Origin: Macrostomum lignano
Taxonomy: Eukaryota
Length of the DNA: 64,000 nt
Reading direction: 5' to 3'
Assembly: GCA_002269645.1 (NCBI GenBank)
Contig: NIVC01000769.1
Location: 124,001-188,000, forward strand
This document shows positions 57,931-64,000 of the stretch, one piece after another. The position numbers and the translations under genes were made by a program. The notes under the pieces are model-generated. The model did not search any database. It had not been told where the DNA came from and worked only from the letters and a program-made list of their open reading frames with translations. Each line of letters begins with the position of its first letter. The stretch's first letter is position 1.

Positions 57931-60900
57931 ATGGGTTGCATGTGGTGCAAACTCAATGATAGTACTACTGGACAAGGAACTGAATCTACTAGAAAAAATG
58001 AATCTGCTCCAAAGTTTTCTTGGTAAGTTTCTAATAGGCCTTAAACACTAAAAAGTTGAGCAGTCTAAAGGACAAATATTAGGCCTATTTTTTTCTATTG
58101 CAGGTCTATAATGTTTTTTCTTCTTTGAAAAATAGGCCTAGGTCTAAACTAAGCCTAACTAAAGTCTAGCTAAAAATTCATTCAGACAAAACCAAATCTC
58201 AAATAATTTTCTTCTGCTAGGCCTATTGTCATTGACTATTTATGGAAGGCCTCTTTTTATTATTTATTTTAGGCTATGCAAAAATTATAAAACTTTAATG
58301 CATTTTAAATCTGTGGAAATCTAAGAAAACTTTTTATTTAACTACCTATTTTTTCCCAAATATTTTCCAAATTAAATTTTTCTTTTAAATTAAGTTAAAA
58401 AAAATAGTATAAATAGACACAATTTTGGAGCAATAAGAGGCAACTTGCTCATGCAAGCTTTGAATCAGCCTTTAATCTTAATGGTTAGTTGTAAAATCTG
58501 CTAAGTGAGTCCCAAAGAAATATTTTAAGTAGTGATTTTCTAAGTTAATTCATTTTAAAACAAAGTGAAGTAGTGCATATAGTATATACTACTGAAAAAT
58601 AGAATGGAGAAAGAGATATGAAATAGGCCTCCAAATATAAAGGCTGTGACCCTCTGCTCTGATCCCAGTAAAGCCTAGGACTGGAAAGATTATATATGCA
58701 ACATAAACTAATAGTAAATATACTATTTAGGCTAAATTTGAATATCCTATATACTAAAAATGAAATGTCTGTAACTAGCTATGCAATAGATTTCAGAAAA
58801 AATGGCTCAACCGATTTTCTTCAAACTTGCACCATTCGATCAGAAATTTTCCTGGGACGGTACATGCATCCTGGCAAAGAAATTGCTCAATTTTAAAGGG
58901 ATTAAATATTCAAAAAACATGCTTTTTTTGCAAAGGTCAAGCAGCTTTTTCGACCTGGAATGCATTGTAAGAATGCTAGAGAAAAAACTGACTGGCTGAA
59001 TTTCAATTCTGATAAATATTGCATCACAACAAGGTGAAAACAGTGCCACAAAAACGCACACAAGACTTGATTGAAATTGCGTAACCATATTGCTAACTTG
59101 AATTGAGACTGATTCTGGCTGACTGAGAAATTGATTATGTCATAACTTTCTACTCCAATTGACTTGCTGTAAGAATTGAATTATAAGGGCCACAATTCAT
59201 GTTCTCCAAAGGAAAAGAGATAGCCCAGATGCGAACAGACTGGGATGCTAATGTAGTGACCTGGGATCGAATCTTAGTAGTGCAAAAATATTTTTTTATT
59301 AAAGCACATTAAAAACACAAAACTGCGAAACATAAAAGAAGCGCAATGTCAAACATAGAAGAGCCACCATGTTGAACATTAAAGAGCCACCATGTCGAAC
59401 ATTAAAGAGCCACCATGTCAAGCATAAAAGAGCCACCATGTCAAACATATATGTGACTACATGTCAAACATATACGTGACTCTATGTCAAACATAAAAGA
59501 GCCACCATGTAAAGCATTTACGTGACTCCATGCCAAATATATACGTGACTCCATGTCAAACACATACGTGACTCTATGTCAAACATTAAAGAGCCAGCAT
59601 GTCATATAGTAAGGAGCAACCATGTCAAACATTAAAGAGCCACCAAGTAAAAAATTAAGAGCCACTATGTCAAACATTAGAGAGCCACCATGTCAAACAT
59701 TAAAGAGCCACCATGTCAAACATTAAAGAGCCACCAAGTAAAAAATTAAGAGCCACTATGTCAAACATTAGAGAGCCACCATGTCAAACAGTAAAGAGCC
59801 ACCATGTTGAACATTAAAGCGCCACCATGTTGAACGTTAAAGAGCCACCATGTTAAACATTAAAGAGCCACCATGTCGAACATTAAAGAGCCACCATGTC
59901 GAACGTTAAAGAGCCACCATGTCGAACATAAACGAGCCACGATGTCAAACATGAAAGAGCTACTAAGTTAGACATAGAAGAGCCACCATGTGAAACATAT
60001 ATGTGACTCCATGTCAAACATTAAAGAGCCACCGTTTCTAACATTAAGGAGCCACCATGACAAACATAAAACTGGCACAATGTCAAACATTAAAGAGCCA
60101 CCATGTAGAACATTAAAGAGTCACAATGCCAAACATTAAAAAGCCACGAATTCAAAAATAAAATAGCCACCATTTCAAACACAGGAGAGACATTTTCAAA
60201 CGTAATAAGAAGCGTCATGCCAATCATAAAGCAGCCCCTAGAAAGCTAAGGAAATGTTGCACTATATACTTTGTGTCTGGTGGATGCTTGCTATTTAAGG
60301 ATAGATACTTGCTATCAATTGGATGCTTGCTATCTGGGGGTTCTTTCTATCTGGGATGCTTGCTATCTGAGGGATGCTTGCTATCTGGGGGTGCTTGCTA
60401 TCTGGGGGTGCTTGCTATCTGGGGGTGCTTGCTATCTGGGGGTGCTTGCTATCTGGGGGGGGGGGAGGGGGGATGCTTGCTGTCTTGGGATGTTTTCTTT
60501 TTGCATTGTGCTTCATTTGAGCAGTTTTTCTGTTGTCTTTGTGAAGACTCTATTTGGCTGTCTTTTTGTTACTTGTAAAGAACAGAGGTTCTATACAGAT
60601 GTCCCCCAACGGGGGGCGAAGATTGCTAGTAATATTACTAGAATAACAATAACAATGCTACCAGAATAACAATAAGAATGTTACTAGCTATTTAGCCCTC
60701 CGCTGGGGGGGGGGGCTTTAAAAATGAAACCAAATCGCCATGAATCAAAAATTTCATCAGCCAAAAAAGTTTCCTTCATTAGCTCAAAACCCTATCTCAA
60801 TTAGCAAATAGTGCTTATCCTTTTAAGCATAAACTCTTAGTGTATATTGTCACTGGCCAGAGCACAGGCTATTCTGGTCTGCAGCAAGAGCTCAATATGC

Positions 60901-63900
60901 CAATCCCTGATAGACTTAGGCCCCTCTTTATTAGCCTAACTCAAAGAACCAAACCTTTATTAAATACACTGGTACTTCCTATTAGTAGAAATCAGTATCA
61001 CTTGTATGTACTATTTCAATATCTAAATTAAATGAGCTACCTGAGCCATACTACTTTATGATCTAATAATCACTCAAAAATCTAACCCCCTCCCCTTAAC
61101 AATTCAGCCATCCCCCATGAGCTTTGATATCTCAGCAATTCCCCTAATAGGTCTTGGCATCTCAGAAATTCCCTTAATAAGCATCAACATTGCAACTAAA
61201 CATCTACACAATTCTCCCAGCCCAGTAAACCTTGATATCTCAGCAATTCCCTCAGGAAACCTTGAAATCTCAGCAATTTCCTCAATAAGCCTCAACATTG
61301 CAGCAATTATACTTCAGCCTTGACATCTTTGCAATTCTCCCAGCCCAGTAAGCCTTAACATCCCAACAACCCAACTCCTCTCCCCCCAAAAATTCCACCA
61401 TCCCCCATAAGCCTTGATATCTCAACAATTCCCATAGTAGGTCTTGAAATCTCAGAAATTCCCTCAGTAAGCATCAACATTGCAGAAATTAAACTTAAAA
61501 ACCTTGACAGCTGCGCAATTCTTCCAGCCCAGTAAACCTTGACATCTCAGCAATTCCCCCAGTAAGCCTTGGCATCTTAGCCATTCCCCCAGTAAGCAAA
61601 ATCTTAGAAATTCCCTTAGTAAGCATCAACAGCAAGCCTATTAAGCCTCAAGATTTCCTCAATAAGCCTCAACATCTCAGCAATTCCCCCAATAAGCCTT
61701 GTCATCTCAGAATTTCCTCAGTAAGCCTTAACATCTTAGCAATTCCCCCAATAAGTTTTGACATCTTAGCAATTCCCCCCAGTAAGCCTTAACATCTCCG
61801 TCATCTCAGCGATTCCTCAGGAAGCCTTGGTGGCTTCTCAGAAATTCTCTCAGTAAACCTTAACATCTCAGATATTCCTAGATATCCTAGAGATCCTAAA
61901 AGATCTTCCTATTGAAAGTAATGCAATTGAAAGATAAATTTGGCAGAGACTTAAAATCTTTTCTTTACATTAGGTCACTTTTTAGTTTAAACTTATAGGT
62001 AATTTAGTAGTATTAGTCCATTGTTGCCACTACATGTTGTGCTGGCATTTTGGTTCTTTGCATTTTTCAAGTCTGACAATTTACTCTTCTTTTCTCTATT
62101 TTCCTCCCTCCCTGGCCTTTATTCTTTTCCTCTCTGTCTCTAATCCCTCAATCTCCCATTGTAGGTCTCTTATTTATCCTTAATCCTCTTGCTTCTTTAT
62201 AGCATTTCTACTAAGCTAGAAGCTAGGAGCTACCTAATTAAGCTAAGAGCTACTTATCTAATTATTCAGTTATTCTTAATCAATAAGCCAACATATTTAT
62301 TAGAGTTTTGCCATTTTAACTATTAAATTAATAATACCTAATTGGAAGCTGTATAATTTTATAAACTTTAATTTTTAAGTTATAAAAAATTATCACAATA
62401 GACAAAAAACACTTGTCAAGCCTTTCATTTTCTGTAGGGAGCAAGGACCACAAGTGGATCCAAAAGATTTCACAATTGAAAACATCGATGGCGAGGTGGC
62501 TGGCCGACTTCCTGGCACTATCAATGGTCAACAGTTTATAATTGCCAATTGCAAGAATTCATCTGTGTACTTGTTCGATCACATCAACACTATTACTGTT
62601 GATGACTGTGAAAACTGCGTCTTCTTTATTGGACCCGTGCAGACCAGGTAGGATGACAGGCAAAGTCCAGGCAGAAGGAATAAGCCTAGGTGTATAATCT
62701 GAATATACTAATAAAAATATTAATTATGACTCGTTAGATGATGAGGCATTTTTATCCGTCACTGCCGTTTGCCGGGGTGACAGTAGTTTCAGAGCAGTAG
62801 AAAAAAAAATATAAAAGCCAAAGCGGAGTTCCAACTTAATGAATTTTTTACAGCATTTTCATTCGTGACTGCAAGGACTGCAAATTTCTAGTGGCTTGTC
62901 AACAGTTTCGAACTCGCGACTGTCAGCGTCTGGACTGCTTTTTGTCTTGCGTTTCTCTACCAATTATTGAAGCCTCTAGTAAGATGCGATTTGGCCCGTT
63001 CTGCTTCTATTATCCGGAACTGTTGGGTGAGATTTTTGCACCTTTCACTGAGCAGTGCTAACTAGTCAGGTACGAATCATGAACATATGTTTTTTATTGA
63101 TTTGCAGGCCAGTTTGAAAACAGCAGTCTCAGCCCATTCAACTGCCACTGGAGTGAAATTCACGACTTTACCCCAGTCACTGGGGAGAGCAACTTTACTC
63201 TGGTGCCAGATGTGAGTATAGCAGCGTTTTGCGTTCATTTGAGTATATATGAAGCTTTGCATTTTTCATTCGTTGTGATTAACAGGGCCACTGGTGATTC
63301 CCCCACTAGCTAACCCCTTCACTAGATACCCCTACTAGCCAACCCCTTCACTAGATACCCCTACTAGCCAACCCCTTCACTAGATACCCCCACTAGCTAA
63401 CCCCTTCACTAGATGCCCCCACTAGCTAACCCCTTCACTGGATACCCCTACTAGCTAACCCCTTCACTAGATTCCCCCACTAGCTAACCCCTTCACTAGA
63501 TTCCCCCACTAGCTAACCCCTTCACTAGATACCCCTACTAGCCGCCCCTTCACTAGATACCCCTACTAGCCAACCCCTTCACTAAATACCCCTACTAGCC
63601 AACCCCTTCACTAGATACCCCTACTTGTCACCCTTCACTAGATTCCCCCACTAGCCACCCCTTCACTAGATTCCCCCACTAGCCACCCATGTTTTCTCCA
63701 CCAAGCCACTATTTACTCACCGCAGGGCACGCCAATCAGGGATTTCTTTCCTTTAGACGTGCCAGAAAGCCACCAGTTGCACAGCTTCATCAGCCAGAAG
63801 GTAAGCACTAAACCTGAGTACAGCGTAGTGCCTCAAACGTTCGGCTCTCGTCCCGCCGGCCTCACTGATGAAAAATGCCTAGCCTTAGTGTTCTCCGGCT

Positions 63901-64000
63901 GGGAGAACGCCGTGGCCCTCATTGCTAAAGCTGCGACTAAGCCGGACCTGCGACTCGTGCGCACCTGGCAACTGCAGCTGACCGTTGAGAATGGCCGGCG
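57931..64000 (+). CDS. RP2: Protein XRP2 / RP2 (ARL3 GAP, tubulin cofactor C domain), 3' end beyond the window
   Basis: Exons 57931-58022, 62438-62647, 62854-63026, 63108-63211, 63726 to >64000; GT-AG with matching phases. N-terminal MGC acylation motif, FSW-EQ..VDPKDF, GQQFIIANCKN..DDCENC, VACQQFRTRDC..PIIE, W..IHDFTP. Confidence 0.93.
58745..60629 (+). mobile_element. Non-autonomous Helitron, copy 2 (1.9 kb), in RP2 intron 1
   Basis: Same 5' TC end, hairpin and CTAG 3' end as copy 1. Canonical A|T target. Shorter 23-bp (about 59340-60230) and 18-bp (about 60280-60480) arrays. Confidence 0.88.
61100..61890. repeat. Degenerate about 30-bp tandem repeat in RP2 intron 1
   Basis: Recurrent ATCTCAGCAATTCCCC..TAAGCCTT core. 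Confidence 0.75.
63300..63690 (+). repeat. 29-bp minisatellite in RP2 intron 4
   Basis: Unit AACCCCTTCACTAGATACCCCTACTAGCC, about 13 copies. Confidence 0.95.

Noticed and set aside
61100-61890. Repeat-plus-variable-segment pattern resembling a CRISPR array
   Set aside because: The intervening segments are themselves homologous degenerate repeats. The context is a eukaryotic intron and no cas genes are present.
62736-62830. Possible intronic box C/D snoRNA (ATGATGA)
   Set aside because: No suitably placed CTGA D box or terminal stem. The hit is part of the dispersed motif reported separately.
63798-63806. AG|GTAAGC donor-like site within RP2 exon 5
   Set aside because: The frame continues open with RP2-like sequence (S.VP.TFG.R..DEKCL..F), so it is treated as exonic. 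Alternative use cannot be excluded.

Overview
Eukaryotic, intron-rich animal DNA. GC-rich exons in AT-rich spacers, minisatellite-filled introns and RTE remnants suggest a flatworm such as Macrostomum, but this is inference only. Four conserved spliced genes can be rebuilt from GT/GC-AG sites with continuous reading frames. They are a 10-exon Mi-2/CHD3-5 remodeller (+, 6896-25528, 1862 aa), a 4xSH3 SH3D19-like adaptor (-, 31661-28770), an SLC25A39/40 mitochondrial carrier (-, 36681-34087, one GC-AG intron) and RP2 (+, 57931 to window end). A tRNA-His(GUG) lies just upstream of Mi-2. Most long introns carry their own distinct minisatellite. The rest is a dense, often nested set of mobile elements with readable TIRs and TSDs: hAT MITEs, two satellite-carrying Helitrons, a TRIM, a triple-nested MULE-like cluster, a 4-kb foldback holding scrambled RTE, and a (TAG)n-tailed retroposon. 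Two features stand out. One is a TIR DNA transposon in Mi-2 intron 7 whose decayed coding region joins a SWIM-type transposase C-terminus to a USP (C19) deubiquitinase-like domain. The other is a probable two-exon antisense gene nested in Mi-2 intron 2, encoding a 168-aa coiled coil with all nine Trp in one heptad register. All domain calls come from motif recognition by eye; no searches were run.
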